This document shows positions 1-11,313 of a stretch of DNA of 64,000 nt, piece after piece. The stretch is from the NCBI RefSeq assembly GCF_051903065.1, contig NZ_CP178438.1. One strand, given 5' to 3'. The stretch is from Escherichia coli. Its GTDB lineage: Bacteria; Pseudomonadota; Gammaproteobacteria; Enterobacterales; Enterobacteriaceae. How positions within the stretch are numbered: position 1 is the stretch's first letter; every line of letters begins with the position of its first letter. Below the pieces are notes generated by a model. That model saw only the letters and a list, made by a program, of their open reading frames with translations. It was not told the DNA's origin and searched no databases. The translations under genes and the position numbers were made by a program.

Positions 1-692
1 ATCAGTGTTTGCGGTTCTGATGGATAGTGCTTGCGCGCATAACTCAATTTATCGTTGTCGGTATCGGTAATGACGAGCAGCGACGGGTTAACGGGTCCAT
101 GTAGCGCATAATCAATCGCCAACAGTCCCATTGGTCCGGTGCCGCCGAGGATCAGCGTGCGCCCTTGCGGGCGAATCCCCATCGTGTGGTTATAACTACC
201 TTCCTGAAGATGATAGTTGGCGTTGAACGCGCCAATCACGCAGGAAAGCGGTTCAACCAGCGAGCCTTCAAAGTAGGTTTCGCCTTCGTATGCCAGCAGG
301 CAATCTTGTTCCATAACCTCATTTGGGATAACCACATGTGTGGCTTCACCACCCACCCACGGGAAGGAGTAGCCGGGGCAGTCCGGGCGGTCGGGGAGTT
401 GCAGGTTGGCCTGAATCACATAACGCTGACCCGGCTGGAATTTGTGCTGCCACTTTTTACCCACGGCCAGAATATCGCCGCAAAACTCGTGGCCGATGAT
501 GATTGGGTTGGTCGCCACATCGTCGGGTACTTTTTTATGGTTTTCACCCAGGTTGGCCTCTTTCCAGGAAGAGAGGCACAGGCTGTCAGTGACCACCGTC
601 GCGAGGATTTCATCCTCCTGCATTTCAGGAAGGTCAAAGGTTTCCAGGCGTAAATCACGTTTACCATAAAGACGCAGAGCTGTTGTTTTCAT
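1..692 (-). CDS. sorE: Sorbose-1-phosphate reductase-like zinc-dependent dehydrogenase, N-terminal part (gene continues beyond window start)
   Basis: Reverse-strand reading from ATG at 692 gives MKTTALRLYGKRDLRLETFDLPEMQEDEILATVVTDSLCLSSW with a GAGGTGG RBS; last gene of a sor-type PTS operon. The + strand ORF 165..653 in the track is antisense to it. Confidence 0.6.
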   Translation of the reverse strand, partial: MKTTALRLYGKRDLRLETFDLPEMQEDEILATVVTDSLCLSSWKEANLGENHKKVPDDVATNPIIIGHEFCGDILAVGKKWQHKFQPGQRYVIQANLQLPDRPDCPGYSFPWVGGEATHVVIPNEVMEQDCLLAYEGETYFEGSLVEPLSCVIGAFNANYHLQEGSYNHTMGIRPQGRTLILGGTGPMGLLAIDYALHGPVNPSLLVITDTDNDKLSYARKHYPSEPQTL

Positions 693-743
693 AAACCACC
701 TCATGTTGAGCGATGGCCCCGGCAGTCGTGCCGGGGCGAAGAA

Positions 744-1598
744 TCAGGACAGGAAGCCCAGCGCATTGCCGATAATCCCTAAGCCAAACAGGGCGAAAAT
801 CAGCCATACCGGGTTAATTTTTTTGTTGAGCAGACGAACCATTAGTAGCGTCAGACCGAGCGCCAGCAAACCAGGGCAAAGTTGATCGAGAATGTTCTGC
901 ACGGTCATGGTGACGGTGGAGCCATCAGCGGCATGCGTTTGTGAAACCACCAACGGTACGTTGATTGACGTCCATTTGGTGACCAGCACGCCCATCACAA
1001 ACAGTCCGAGAATCGACGCGCCTTCGGTGAGTTTTTGCAGCACATTCCCGCCCATATCGCTGACGATATTCACCCCTTTGCGAAAGCCGAGCTGTAGGCC
1101 ATACCACTTCATCGCCAGACGCACCGCGTTGAAAATAAAGAAGAACAGCCGCGGGCCGAGAATGTTGCCCGAAAGTGCCAGAGATGCGCCGAGCGCGGCG
1201 GTAATCGTGCGCAGCGTTCCCCAGACCAGTGGATCGCCAACCCCTGCCAACGGTCCCATCAGACCGACTTTGATGCCGTTAATGGTACCGTCATCAATTT
1301 CCGCGCCGTTGGCCCGCGCCTCTTCCATGGCGGCAGTGACGCCGATGACCGGGCCACATACGGCTGGCGTGGTATTGAAGAACACCAGGTGTCGCCTGAG
1401 CGCCGCAACCTGATCCTCTTTTAATGGGTAAAGTCGCTTGATGGCGGGGATCATGTCGTAGCAAAAACCCAGCCCGTGAATACGTTCAAAGTTAAAGGAC
1501 GCCTGTTGCAGGTTGGAGCGCAGAAACATGCTCACCAGATCGCCGCGTGTAATTTTTCTCTGTTCCATGATGGCTCCGTTAATCGTCAAGTTGGTCAA
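744..1598 (-). CDS. sorM: PTS mannose/sorbose-family EIID component
   Basis: 284-aa ORF; overlaps the EIIC gene upstream; recognised as an EIID-type membrane protein by eye; operon context. Confidence 0.8.
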   Translation of the reverse strand: MTNLTINGAIMEQRKITRGDLVSMFLRSNLQQASFNFERIHGLGFCYDMIPAIKRLYPLKEDQVAALRRHLVFFNTTPAVCGPVIGVTAAMEEARANGAEIDDGTINGIKVGLMGPLAGVGDPLVWGTLRTITAALGASLALSGNILGPRLFFFIFNAVRLAMKWYGLQLGFRKGVNIVSDMGGNVLQKLTEGASILGLFVMGVLVTKWTSINVPLVVSQTHAADGSTVTMTVQNILDQLCPGLLALGLTLLMVRLLNKKINPVWLIFALFGLGIIGNALGFLS

Positions 1599-2376
1599 GG
1601 GCGGTGGAAGCGGGGGCCTGGAGTTGAGGTTCAGCTTTACGCCACTGTGGATTTAGCTGGATGTAGACCAGGGCCATGATCACGCCGACGCCACCGAACG
1701 CCAGCAGACTGAGATCGAGGTAGCCACCTGCGAGGAAACCGAGGAAAAAGAAAGGCATCAAATATTTCACGCCCATCATACGTAGCACCATGGCGTAACC
1801 GACCACCACGATAAAACCGCCAGCAATCTGTAGTCCTCGGGTCACAAATTCGGGAATGGCGTTTAACATATTGCTCACCATATCGGCGCTGACGAACAGC
1901 GAGACAATCAGTGCCGGAACAGCAACGCGCAGCGCCTGCACGCCAAGCGCGGAGACATGCAGAATATCGAGAGTGCGAAACCGTGCCTCTTCCGCTGCTT
2001 TATCCGCCGCGTGCTGGAACACTACGGTGATGGTACGTGCAAACACCGTCAGCACCTGGCCTGCCGCAGCCACAGGCAACGCGATGGCGATTCCGGTGGC
2101 GATGCTTTGCTGACCAACGATAACCAGAATGGCGGAGATTATGCTGGCGAGTGCAGAATCCGGAGATTGCGCCGCGCCGACGTTCATCCAGCCGAGAGCT
2201 ATCAATTCCAGCGTACCACCGAGTATTATTCCGGTTTTTAAATCACCGAGAATTAAACCAATCACCGTACAGGCAATTAACGGGCGATGAGTCTGGAATT
2301 CATCCAGCACGCTGCCCATTCCGGCAATACAGGAAAAAAGAAATATAGCAATAATTTGTAGGGTACTTATTTCCAT
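1579..2376 (-). CDS. sorA: PTS mannose/sorbose-family EIIC component
   Basis: 265-aa hydrophobic ORF between the EIIB and EIID genes. Confidence 0.8.
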   Translation of the reverse strand: MEISTLQIIAIFLFSCIAGMGSVLDEFQTHRPLIACTVIGLILGDLKTGIILGGTLELIALGWMNVGAAQSPDSALASIISAILVIVGQQSIATGIAIALPVAAAGQVLTVFARTITVVFQHAADKAAEEARFRTLDILHVSALGVQALRVAVPALIVSLFVSADMVSNMLNAIPEFVTRGLQIAGGFIVVVGYAMVLRMMGVKYLMPFFFLGFLAGGYLDLSLLAFGGVGVIMALVYIQLNPQWRKAEPQLQAPASTALDQLDD

Positions 2377-2441
2377 GATTTGTCACCTTTTAAGTGTCGT
2401 CATCCCTGCCTGTTAAAGCATATGTACACAGGCGCTATTAT

Positions 2442-2936
2442 TTAATTTGCGATTAACTGTTCGTTTATTTTGTCGATAATATTGATTGAGGGATCTGACG
2501 CTACGACGCGTAAATCCAGTATGACGCCAAGATTATTTAACTCATGAAATGCGTTAATATCATCATCATCTAATGAAACCGCTTTGGTTAACTGTTTTTT
2601 ACCGGGCCGCCAGGCCATGCCGCCAATATTTAGGGTGCCTATTTTTACCCCCTGGCGAACCATCGCTAAGGCATCCTGTGGGCGAGTGAAAAGATAAAAA
2701 ACGGTTTCGTCCTGATATTGCGGGTTGTGATAAACCGCGACGGCTTTTTCAATATTGACCACGTTAACCTTCATTCCCGGTGGCGCAGCCTGACGCAATA
2801 ATGTCCGGCGAACTTCATCGTTATAAACTTCGTCATTGCAGATAATAATGCGCTGGGCGTTAGCCACTTTCGACCAGACGGTAGTGACCTGACCGTGGAT
2901 CAGGCGGTCATCAATGCGGGCGAGCGTAATGTTCAT
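2442..2936 (-). CDS. sorB: PTS mannose/sorbose-family EIIB component
   Basis: 164-aa ORF with N-terminal MNITLARIDDRLIHGQVTT (phospho-histidine motif of mannose-family EIIB). Confidence 0.8.
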   Translation of the reverse strand: MNITLARIDDRLIHGQVTTVWSKVANAQRIIICNDEVYNDEVRRTLLRQAAPPGMKVNVVNIEKAVAVYHNPQYQDETVFYLFTRPQDALAMVRQGVKIGTLNIGGMAWRPGKKQLTKAVSLDDDDINAFHELNNLGVILDLRVVASDPSINIIDKINEQLIAN

Positions 2937-3343
2937 CAGAAATCCTCCTCTGTCGTTGCCAGTTGTTTCCAGACAACGCAGGTTTGCTTTGCGATTTGCG
3001 TCAGGTGTTCACACAGTTCATCAACATTCATGCTGTCCTGGTTATCAACCAGTTCGAGCGCCAGCGGCAGAGAAAGTCCGCTGATTACCCGCAGACGAGG
3101 ATTGCGCATCGCAAGCATCGCTGCCGCATTCCACGGGCTGCCGCACTGTAAATCCACGGCAATCAGCCACTCATCTTGATTGTGAATGCTTACTAACTTT
3201 TCCAGCTTTGCTACGATGTCTCCGGCGTTCTCGCCGGGCACAAATTCAACGGCTTCAACATTGGCGTTGCCGTAAACCATCTGAACCGATTCCAGCATGG
3301 CGCAAGCTAATTTGCCGTGGGCACAAAAAATGGCGTTGACCAT
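2936..3343 (-). CDS. sorF: PTS mannose/sorbose-family EIIA component
   Basis: 135-aa ORF MVNAIFCAHGKLA...; start overlaps the stop of the EIIB gene. Confidence 0.75.
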   Translation of the reverse strand: MVNAIFCAHGKLACAMLESVQMVYGNANVEAVEFVPGENAGDIVAKLEKLVSIHNQDEWLIAVDLQCGSPWNAAAMLAMRNPRLRVISGLSLPLALELVDNQDSMNVDELCEHLTQIAKQTCVVWKQLATTEEDF

Positions 3344-3352
3344 AAAGCCTCC

Positions 3353-4159
3353 TTAGCCGCGCGTTTTGCCGCCCGCAATGTTAGTGGTTACTCCGGTGAT
3401 ATAGCTGGCGCGTTCAGACAGCAGATAACAAACAAAATCAGCGACTTCTGCTAATCTTCCGGCGCGCCCAATAGGAATGGCGTTTTTGGTATAGCCTTCA
3501 CGCAGCTGCTCGACGGTGATATTGCGCGTCCACGCCAGCGCTTCTTCATATTCCGGCGTGCGTAGCCCGGTTTTTTCCAGAATCCCCGGCGCGATACCGA
3601 CTACACGGATACCGTGTTTACCCAATTCTTTCGACCAGGATCGCGTGAAGCTATTAAGCGCGGCTTTGGTAGCGGCGTAACAGCTTTGTCCTTCTGAGCC
3701 TTCCAGCCCACTTTCTGAGGAAACATTCACAATCACGCCATCATGTTGTTTGACCATCTGTCGCGCCACCGCCTGCGACATCAGAAAAACGCCTTTCTGG
3801 TTGATATTGACCATTTTTTCGAATGCAGCTTCGTTGAGTTCATACTGCCCGGCAGGCGCTTTCTCATCGACCAGCAGACGCGGGAAATTGACCCCGGCGT
3901 TATTGACCAGACCGTCGATGCGACCAAAACGCTGGATAATTTCCGCTACCGTATGATTTACCTCTTTGGCGCTGGAAATATCGGTCGGCCAAAACTGATA
4001 GCCTTTATGAACTTCATATTGACCATCGCCACCGTGAATATCTACCATCTGTACGTTTGCGCCTTGTGCTAATAATTCCTCTACAATAGCCAGACCAATA
4101 CCGGATGCGCCGCCGGTGACGATAATGATTTTATCCTGCAAATTTAACCACGTTTGCAT
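3353..4159 (-). CDS. sorD: Short-chain dehydrogenase/reductase (sorbitol-6-phosphate dehydrogenase-like)
   Basis: 268-aa ORF with Rossmann motif TGGASGIGLA near the N-terminus. Confidence 0.75.
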   Translation of the reverse strand: MQTWLNLQDKIIIVTGGASGIGLAIVEELLAQGANVQMVDIHGGDGQYEVHKGYQFWPTDISSAKEVNHTVAEIIQRFGRIDGLVNNAGVNFPRLLVDEKAPAGQYELNEAAFEKMVNINQKGVFLMSQAVARQMVKQHDGVIVNVSSESGLEGSEGQSCYAATKAALNSFTRSWSKELGKHGIRVVGIAPGILEKTGLRTPEYEEALAWTRNITVEQLREGYTKNAIPIGRAGRLAEVADFVCYLLSERASYITGVTTNIAGGKTRG

Positions 4160-4228
4160 AACAGACTCCTGATTTTAGATAATAGGGACCCGCCGTAATT
4201 TTTATTACGGTAAACATCGGGAAGATTT

Positions 4229-5176
4229 TTATTTCAGTAATAGTTCAGCTGTGCTGCTATTCGTTACCAGACAATTAATATATTTTCCACGCAGTGCACC
4301 AATAATTCCGCTGTATTTTTCTTCACTCATGGCAATGCCAATGGAATATCGTGCCTGCTTTAATTTATTCATTTCGATAGAGAGTGTTTTTTCGCTCATA
4401 TTCGTTTCAACCATTGCGCCGTGAATATCAAAAAAGCGCGAGCAAATATCGCCAGCAACCTGGCGGGCATTCAGGTCGTCACTCTCTTCACCACCATAAA
4501 ACGCATGCCAGTTAGCGCCGTCGCGAATGGCCGGTGAGCCAATTCCCACCAGGGCGACATCCAGATTATCCCAGTAGGCAGAGATGGTTTTAAAGTGCTG
4601 AGACTGCATGATCCCATTACGAATTAATGGGTTATCCAGTAGAGCCGGAAAATCCGCGAGGTGCGATTCCCCTTTCAGCTTCGCTGCCGCGCTGTAGGTT
4701 AATGTGTTTACGTGATAGCGGCTTTCGAGTTTACCGGACGGTCCGCCAATAATTGGTACGCAGATTAACTGCCGCGATTGCCCCGCCTGCGGCAAGTTTT
4801 CAACCAGTGCGCTCACCGCGCGACCCCAGGAAAAACCGACAATATCGCCAGGCTCCAGCAAGCGATCCAGCAGTTGCGCGCCGTGTAACCCCATCATCGC
4901 CAGTTGAGTCTCTTCATCCTCATCATTTCCCGACACCACCACAACGTCTTTCAGGCCAAACTTTTGCTTCAGTTGCTGCTCCAGCCAGAGATTTTCGTTG
5001 TAGTCATAGTTGATGGCGATGGTGACAATTCCCTGATCGCGGCCTCGTTTAAGCAAGCGGCTGATGGTGGTGCGGTAAATACCCAGTTCGCGCGCGATTT
5101 GCGCCTGCGTCATATCCTGTTCGTAATAGAGTTGGGCAATCTTCACAATCAAACGGATATCGTCACTGTTTTCCAT
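4229..5176 (-). CDS. sorC: SorC-family transcriptional regulator
   Basis: ORF 4229..5260 in track; start placed at internal ATG (MENSDDIRLIV...) preceded by AGGAGG RBS; HTH segment QIARELGIYRTTISRLL followed by a sugar-binding domain. Confidence 0.75.
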   Translation of the reverse strand: MENSDDIRLIVKIAQLYYEQDMTQAQIARELGIYRTTISRLLKRGRDQGIVTIAINYDYNENLWLEQQLKQKFGLKDVVVVSGNDEDEETQLAMMGLHGAQLLDRLLEPGDIVGFSWGRAVSALVENLPQAGQSRQLICVPIIGGPSGKLESRYHVNTLTYSAAAKLKGESHLADFPALLDNPLIRNGIMQSQHFKTISAYWDNLDVALVGIGSPAIRDGANWHAFYGGEESDDLNARQVAGDICSRFFDIHGAMVETNMSEKTLSIEMNKLKQARYSIGIAMSEEKYSGIIGALRGKYINCLVTNSSTAELLLK

Positions 5177-5523
5177 TGCCGCCTCCTGGTTCTGCACATT
5201 TGTGCAAATACGCTTTCTCACCGCTTGATCTGATATAACCCCATCATGATGGCCTTTCAAAGCGATTTTTCACTCTTTGCATGGGGAGAAATAGCGCTTT
5301 CTCTTGCACATTTGTTTCTCTGCGCAGTAGTCATCAGCACAGGTGTGCGGAGATTCGTAATAGGTTGATTATCCTTATTTTGCCAGGCAAATTTGCATTG
5401 TACTTCCGGAGACACTTTTGTGATAAAAGGCGTGGCAGATCACATTTAATTTCGACGTTGCCGCATAACCCTGTTTTTCCCCGCTAAGAGGTACGGTATA
5501 TTCCGCGTTTTACAGGAGAATTT

Positions 5524-6396
5524 ATGCTGCCCGACTCATCAGTCCGTTTAAATAAATACATCAGCGAAAGCGGAATTTGCTCACGCCGCGAAGCGGATCG
5601 CTATATCGAGCAAGGCAATGTGTTCCTTAATGGCAAGCGAGCCACCATTGGCGATCAGGTGAAACCCGGCGACGTTGTGAAAGTAAACGGTCAGTTGATT
5701 GAACCTCGGGAAGCCGAAGATTTGGTACTTATCGCCCTGAACAAGCCCGTCGGTATTGTCAGCACCACCGAAGATGGCGAGCGCGATAACATTGTCGATT
5801 TTGTTAACCACAGCAAACGCGTGTTCCCGATTGGCCGCCTGGATAAAGACTCCCAGGGGCTGATTTTCCTCACCAATCACGGCGATCTGGTGAATAAGAT
5901 CCTCCGTGCGGGTAACGATCATGAGAAAGAGTATCTGGTGACGGTCGATAAACCGATTACCGATGAATTTATTCGTGGTATGGGGGCGGGGGTGCCGATC
6001 CTCGGGACGGTGACTAAAAAGTGCAAAGTCAAAAAAGAAGCGCCGTTTGTCTTCCGCATTACCCTGGTGCAGGGGCTGAACCGTCAGATCCGGCGCATGT
6101 GCGAGCATTTCGGCTATGAAGTGAAAAAGCTGGAACGCACGCGCATCATGAACGTTAGCTTAAGCGGCATTCCGCTGGGGGAATGGCGCGATTTAACCGA
6201 CGATGAGTTAATCGACCTCTTTAAGCTCATTGAAAATTCCTCTTCCGAGGCAAAACCTAAAGCGAAGGCTAAACCGAAAACGGCGGGCATCAAACGCCCG
6301 GTGGTGAAGGTAGAAAAAACGGCGGAGAAAGGTGGCCGCCCGGCATCAAACGGCAAGCGTTTCGCCTCGCCGGGGCGGAAGAAAAAAGGTCGTTAA
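5524..6396 (+). CDS. rluF: 23S rRNA pseudouridine synthase F
   Basis: 290-aa ORF with S4-like N-terminus and RluF-like sequence throughout. Confidence 0.9.
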   Translation: MLPDSSVRLNKYISESGICSRREADRYIEQGNVFLNGKRATIGDQVKPGDVVKVNGQLIEPREAEDLVLIALNKPVGIVSTTEDGERDNIVDFVNHSKRVFPIGRLDKDSQGLIFLTNHGDLVNKILRAGNDHEKEYLVTVDKPITDEFIRGMGAGVPILGTVTKKCKVKKEAPFVFRITLVQGLNRQIRRMCEHFGYEVKKLERTRIMNVSLSGIPLGEWRDLTDDELIDLFKLIENSSSEAKPKAKAKPKTAGIKRPVVKVEKTAEKGGRPASNGKRFASPGRKKKGR

Positions 6397-6669
6397 TCAG
6401 CGTTTGCCGCGCGTCGACGTATTTGCCGACCAACTGAATGACGCTTCAGGATCCGGTTTATAAGCCTGCTTTTTCTTTAACTGGCGGGCTTTTTTCGCTT
6501 CAGCCTCACGCTCGACCATTAATTTATCGATGTACTCTTTCTTAATGCTGTTGGTTTCGGAGTTGGTCAGTACGCGACCATGCGCAATCCGCGCCCGATC
6601 CAGCAGTGTTTTAAGTTCACGCTGCTCGCGTTCAGTCATCTCTTTTTGGGTAATACGGGGGAGTGCCAT
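6397..6669 (-). CDS. yjbD: Small conserved protein YjbD (DUF3811-like)
   Basis: 90-aa ORF MALPRITQKEMTEREQRELK...; convergent with rluF; expected position upstream of lysC. Confidence 0.7.
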   Translation of the reverse strand: MALPRITQKEMTEREQRELKTLLDRARIAHGRVLTNSETNSIKKEYIDKLMVEREAEAKKARQLKKKQAYKPDPEASFSWSANTSTRGKR

Positions 6670-6921
6670 GATGGTGCCCTCAGTGAGCCAGAGAGTTCAG
6701 TGTACGGGAATTCGTTTGCGAGCAGAACTGATAATATTCATTTTGCCTTCTCTTAACTATTTATCTCTTTCGATAATTAATTAGAGATGCAGATAAAAAA
6801 ATTAAAGGCAATTATTCTCCGATAAAGACGCTGGTTAACAGAGTACAGGCTCGTTTATTGATGAGCATAGTGACAAGAAAATCAATACGGCCCGAAATAT
6901 AGCTTCCAGGCCATACAGTAT

Positions 6922-8271
6922 TTACTCAAACAAATTACTATGCAGTTTTTGTACCACCTGCTCGGCATCTTCGCCGGGCACCAGGAAGCACAGGTTATGG
7001 CTGGATGCGCCGTAACAAATCATGCGAATGTTGAACGGTTCCAGTACGCCGAATACCTCTTTGCCAACGCCGCAGGCTTTTGACAGGTCATTGCCAATCA
7101 ACGCGACCAGCGCCAGACCTTCTTCCACCTCCACCCGGCACAGTGCGGAAAGCTCCATCAGCAGAGATTGCGTTAGCAACGTATCGCCAGTGGAGGTTGA
7201 ACCGGTGGTATCAAGGGTTAATGCCACGCTCACTTCTGACGTGGTGATTAAGTCTACCGAAATATTATGCCGCGCGAGGATGCCGAAAACTTCCGCGAGG
7301 AAACCGCGAGAATGCAGCATATTCAGGCTGTGCAAAGTGAGCAGAGTCTGATTGCGACGAAGCGCCAGCGCGCGGAACAGCGGCGGATTTTCAGTTTTAT
7401 TGCACACCAGCGTACCACCTGCGCGTGGGTCTTTGCTGGAGCCGACAAAGACCGGGATATCGCTGCGTACTGCGGGTAGCAACGTTGCCGGATGCAGTAC
7501 TTTTGCACCAAAAGTTGCCATCTCTGCCGCTTCGGCAAACGCGATTTCATCAATGCGTTTTGCTGCGGAAACCACGCGTGGATCGGTGGTGTAGATGCCC
7601 GGGACGTCGGTCCAGATATCAACACGAGATGCGTGTAAAGCCTCCGCCAGCAAGGCTGCCGTATAATCGCTGCCTCCACGGCCAAGCGTCGTTGTTCGAC
7701 CTTTATTTTCGCTACCGATAAATCCCTGGGTGATCACTAAGCCTTCATTGAGGCGTGGGAGCAGCTGCAGCGCGGCCAGTTCCGCCAGCGCGGCTACATC
7801 TGGCTCTGCACGACCAAATCGGTCGTTGGTACGCATCACTTTACGTACATCAAACCACTGTGCCTGAACATCGCGTTCGCGCAGGATCTCAACAAACAGC
7901 AGGGTCGACATCAGCTCGCCGTGGCTGACCAGTTCATCTGTCAGCGCCGGAGACGTTGCCAGCGCCGCCGCTTCTGCCAGAACAGTAATGTTCTCCAGCA
8001 GACGTTCAATCTCTTCACGGATAACGTTCGGGTAACGCAGACGTTCCAGAATGGCAAACTGGATATTGCGGATTGCGTCGAGTTTTTCGAATCGCTCGCC
8101 AGGTTCCAGTCCTTCCGCTAAAGCGACCAGCAGATTAGTGATACCAGCAGAAGCCGAGAGGACAACTAAACGCACGTTGGCATCAGAAAGCACAATATCA
8201 GCGCTGCGGTTCATGGCGTCAAAATCAGCTACGCTGGTACCGCCAAATTTGGAGACAACAATTTCAGACAT
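6922..8271 (-). CDS. lysC: Lysine-sensitive aspartokinase III
   Basis: 449-aa ORF MSEIVVSKFGGTSVADFDAM... (aspartokinase N-terminus), ACT domains at C-terminus. Confidence 0.95.
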   Translation of the reverse strand: MSEIVVSKFGGTSVADFDAMNRSADIVLSDANVRLVVLSASAGITNLLVALAEGLEPGERFEKLDAIRNIQFAILERLRYPNVIREEIERLLENITVLAEAAALATSPALTDELVSHGELMSTLLFVEILRERDVQAQWFDVRKVMRTNDRFGRAEPDVAALAELAALQLLPRLNEGLVITQGFIGSENKGRTTTLGRGGSDYTAALLAEALHASRVDIWTDVPGIYTTDPRVVSAAKRIDEIAFAEAAEMATFGAKVLHPATLLPAVRSDIPVFVGSSKDPRAGGTLVCNKTENPPLFRALALRRNQTLLTLHSLNMLHSRGFLAEVFGILARHNISVDLITTSEVSVALTLDTTGSTSTGDTLLTQSLLMELSALCRVEVEEGLALVALIGNDLSKACGVGKEVFGVLEPFNIRMICYGASSHNLCFLVPGEDAEQVVQKLHSNLFE

Positions 8272-8560
8272 AACTACCTCGTGTCAGGGGATCCATTTTC
8301 AGCCTTGGCACAAGGGAAGAGCGGAAGACGGGTGGGCGCAGAGCGATACTTCGCTACTATTTTCACCCAGAAGTGCTCCACCACTTGCGAAACGCCCGAC
8401 TGCGAACGCTTCTGGTGACAACCCAGGGGATTCAGCCCCTGTAGCCGATGATGAACGTGGCCAGCCGTTCAATCACCTCGGCGATGCACCCCCTCAGGTG
8501 TTATCACAGGACTGGCTCCTCCAACACCGTTACTTGGGCAACGCGCCTCTTCTGGCCTGC
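8272..8560 (-). promoter_or_regulatory. lysC leader containing lysine riboswitch (LYS element)
   Basis: About 290 nt GC-rich untranslated leader directly upstream of the lysC start; matches the known position of the lysine riboswitch; boundaries approximate. Confidence 0.65.
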
Positions 8561-8795
8561 GCTAGCGCAGGTAGTACATTTATAAATAAAGGGTGAGCGG
8601 GGCGGTTGTCAACGACGGGGTCATGCGGATTTTTCATCCACTCCTGGCGGTCAGTAGTTCAGCTAATAAATGCTTCACTGCGCTAAGGGTTTACACTCAA
8701 CATTACGCTAACGGCACTAAAACCATCACATTTTTCTGTGACTGGCGCTACAATCTTCCAAAGTCACAATTCTCAAAATCAGAAGAGTATTGCTA

Positions 8796-10445
8796 ATGAA
8801 AAACATCAATCCAACGCAGACCGCTGCCTGGCAGGCACTACAGAAACACTTCGATGAAATGAAAGACGTTACGATCGCCGATCTTTTTGCTAAAGACGGC
8901 GATCGTTTTTCTAAGTTCTCCGCAACCTTCGACGATCAGATGCTGGTGGATTACTCCAAAAACCGCATCACTGAAGAGACGCTGGCGAAATTACAAGATC
9001 TGGCGAAAGAGTGCGATCTGGCGGGCGCGATTAAGTCGATGTTCTCTGGCGAGAAGATCAACCGCACTGAAAACCGCGCCGTGCTGCACGTAGCGCTGCG
9101 TAACCGTAGCAATACCCCGATTCTGGTTGATGGCAAAGACGTAATGCCGGAAGTCAACGCGGTGCTGGAGAAGATGAAAACCTTCTCACAAGCGATTATC
9201 TCCGGTGAGTGGAAGGGTTATACCGGCAAAGCAATCACTGACGTAGTGAACATCGGGATCGGCGGTTCTGACCTCGGCCCGTACATGGTGACCGAAGCAC
9301 TGCGTCCGTACAAAAATCACCTGAACATGCACTTTGTTTCTAACGTCGATGGGACTCACATCGCGGAAGTGCTGAAAAAAGTAAACCCGGAAACCACGCT
9401 GTTCCTGGTAGCATCTAAAACCTTCACCACTCAGGAAACCATGACCAACGCCCATAGCGCGCGTGACTGGTTCCTGAAAGCGGCAGGTGATGAAAAACAC
9501 GTTGCGAAACACTTTGCGGCGCTCTCAACCAATGCCAAAGCCGTTGGCGAGTTTGGTATTGATACTGCCAACATGTTCGAGTTCTGGGACTGGGTCGGTG
9601 GCCGTTACTCTTTGTGGTCAGCGATTGGCCTGTCGATTGTTCTCTCCATCGGCTTTGATAACTTCGTTGAACTGCTTTCTGGCGCACACGCGATGGACAA
9701 GCATTTCTCCACCACGCCTGCCGAGAAAAACCTGCCTGTCCTGCTGGCGCTGATTGGCATCTGGTACAACAATTTCTTTGGTGCGGAAACTGAAGCGATT
9801 CTGCCGTATGACCAGTATATGCACCGTTTTGCGGCGTACTTCCAGCAGGGCAATATGGAGTCCAACGGTAAGTATGTTGACCGTAACGGTAACGTTGTGG
9901 ATTACCAGACTGGCCCGATTATCTGGGGTGAACCAGGCACTAACGGTCAGCACGCGTTCTACCAGCTGATCCACCAGGGAACCAAAATGGTACCGTGCGA
10001 TTTCATCGCTCCGGCTATCACCCATAACCCGCTCTCTGATCACCACCAGAAACTGCTGTCTAACTTCTTCGCCCAGACCGAAGCGCTGGCGTTTGGTAAA
10101 TCCCGCGAAGTGGTTGAGCAGGAATATCGCGATCAGGGTAAAGATCCGGCAACGCTTGACTACGTGGTGCCGTTCAAAGTGTTCGAAGGTAACCGCCCGA
10201 CCAACTCTATCCTGTTGCGCGAAATCACTCCGTTCAGCCTGGGTGCGTTGATTGCGCTGTATGAGCACAAAATCTTTACTCAGGGCGTGATCCTGAACAT
10301 CTTCACCTTCGACCAGTGGGGCGTGGAACTGGGTAAACAGCTGGCGAACCGTATTCTGCCAGAGCTGAAAGATGATAAAGAAATCAGCAGCCACGATAGC
10401 TCGACCAATGGTCTGATTAACCGCTATAAAGCGTGGCGCGGTTAA
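8796..10445 (+). CDS. pgi: Glucose-6-phosphate isomerase
   Basis: ORF 8790..10445; start taken at [15 protein letters not shown]; diagnostic PGI sequence throughout. Confidence 0.95.
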   Translation: MKNINPTQTAAWQALQKHFDEMKDVTIADLFAKDGDRFSKFSATFDDQMLVDYSKNRITEETLAKLQDLAKECDLAGAIKSMFSGEKINRTENRAVLHVALRNRSNTPILVDGKDVMPEVNAVLEKMKTFSQAIISGEWKGYTGKAITDVVNIGIGGSDLGPYMVTEALRPYKNHLNMHFVSNVDGTHIAEVLKKVNPETTLFLVASKTFTTQETMTNAHSARDWFLKAAGDEKHVAKHFAALSTNAKAVGEFGIDTANMFEFWDWVGGRYSLWSAIGLSIVLSIGFDNFVELLSGAHAMDKHFSTTPAEKNLPVLLALIGIWYNNFFGAETEAILPYDQYMHRFAAYFQQGNMESNGKYVDRNGNVVDYQTGPIIWGEPGTNGQHAFYQLIHQGTKMVPCDFIAPAITHNPLSDHHQKLLSNFFAQTEALAFGKSREVVEQEYRDQGKDPATLDYVVPFKVFEGNRPTNSILLREITPFSLGALIALYEHKIFTQGVILNIFTFDQWGVELGKQLANRILPELKDDKEISSHDSSTNGLINRYKAWRG

Positions 10446-10570
<125 letters not shown>

Positions 10571-10615
10571 TCGTATTCGGCAATTAATGCATAGCACGAT
10601 TAATTAAATAACCTT

Positions 10616-10650
10616 AAAAACAATGCCGACTATAAGTCGGCATTGTTTTA
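10616..10650 (+). terminator. Rho-independent terminator downstream of pgi
   Basis: Hairpin caatgccgac...gtcggcattg followed by TTTTA. Confidence 0.6.
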
Positions 10651-10957
10651 TCAGATAAATCTCCTTGTCTGTGATTTAACGGAAATCATACCGTGAGGTT
10701 AATCCTAAAATAGATTTTTAATCGTGATTTATTTCGGAAAATACTCAGATTAATTACTTTTGCTTTTATTTTAACACTATGATTTTTAATGTTATTTATA
10801 TATAAGTTGTAGCTTATATTTGATATTCATTCCAATTATCCTAAAACCCCATCTCTAATTCCCCGCGCCGTAATTCGCATGCTTTAGTTGTGTATACTCG
10901 ATCCCGCCCGAAATGTTTTTGGGTAAATCTCCATTCATTCAATGAAGGGAAATTGTT

Positions 10958-11200
10958 ATGAAAAAAGTTCTGTATGGCATTTTTGCCATATCTGCGCTTG
11001 CGGCGACTTCTGCGTGGGCTGCACCTGTACAGGTGGGCGAAGCGGCAGGGTCGGCAGCAACGTCGGTTTCGGCGGGTAGTTCCTCCGCGACCAGCGTCAG
11101 CACCGTAAGCTCGGCGGTGGGTGTCGCGCTCGCGGCAACCGGTGGCGGTGATGGTTCTAATACCGGGACCACAACAACCACGACCACCAGTACCCAGTAA
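10958..11200 (+). CDS. yjbE: Small secreted Ala/Ser/Thr/Gly-rich protein
   Basis: 80-aa ORF with signal peptide and low-complexity body; RBS GGGAAATTGTT upstream; first gene of the yjbEFGH cluster. Confidence 0.75.
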
Positions 11201-11313
11201 TAAAGTATGTATCCCCAAAATAATTCGAGTCATCGCATCTGTGGCTTGAAGTATGAAGGGATTTACCATAACCACACTCCGGTGTGGTTATTCTGCCCCT
11301 CTGGAGAAGAGTC

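Noticed and set aside
165-653. 162-aa plus-strand ORF at the window start
   Set aside because: Antisense to the sorE-like dehydrogenase gene, whose reverse-strand reading (MKTTALRLYGKRDLRLETF...) has a good RBS and operon context.
5581-6108. 175-aa minus-strand ORF
   Set aside because: Lies inside rluF on the opposite strand; no RBS or recognisable domain.
9618-10394. 258-aa minus-strand ORF
   Set aside because: Antisense to pgi, whose sense frame is clearly the real gene.
10841-11275. Minus-strand ORFs of 144 and 82 aa overlapping yjbE
   Set aside because: Low-complexity antisense frames of the Ala/Ser/Thr/Gly-rich yjbE gene.
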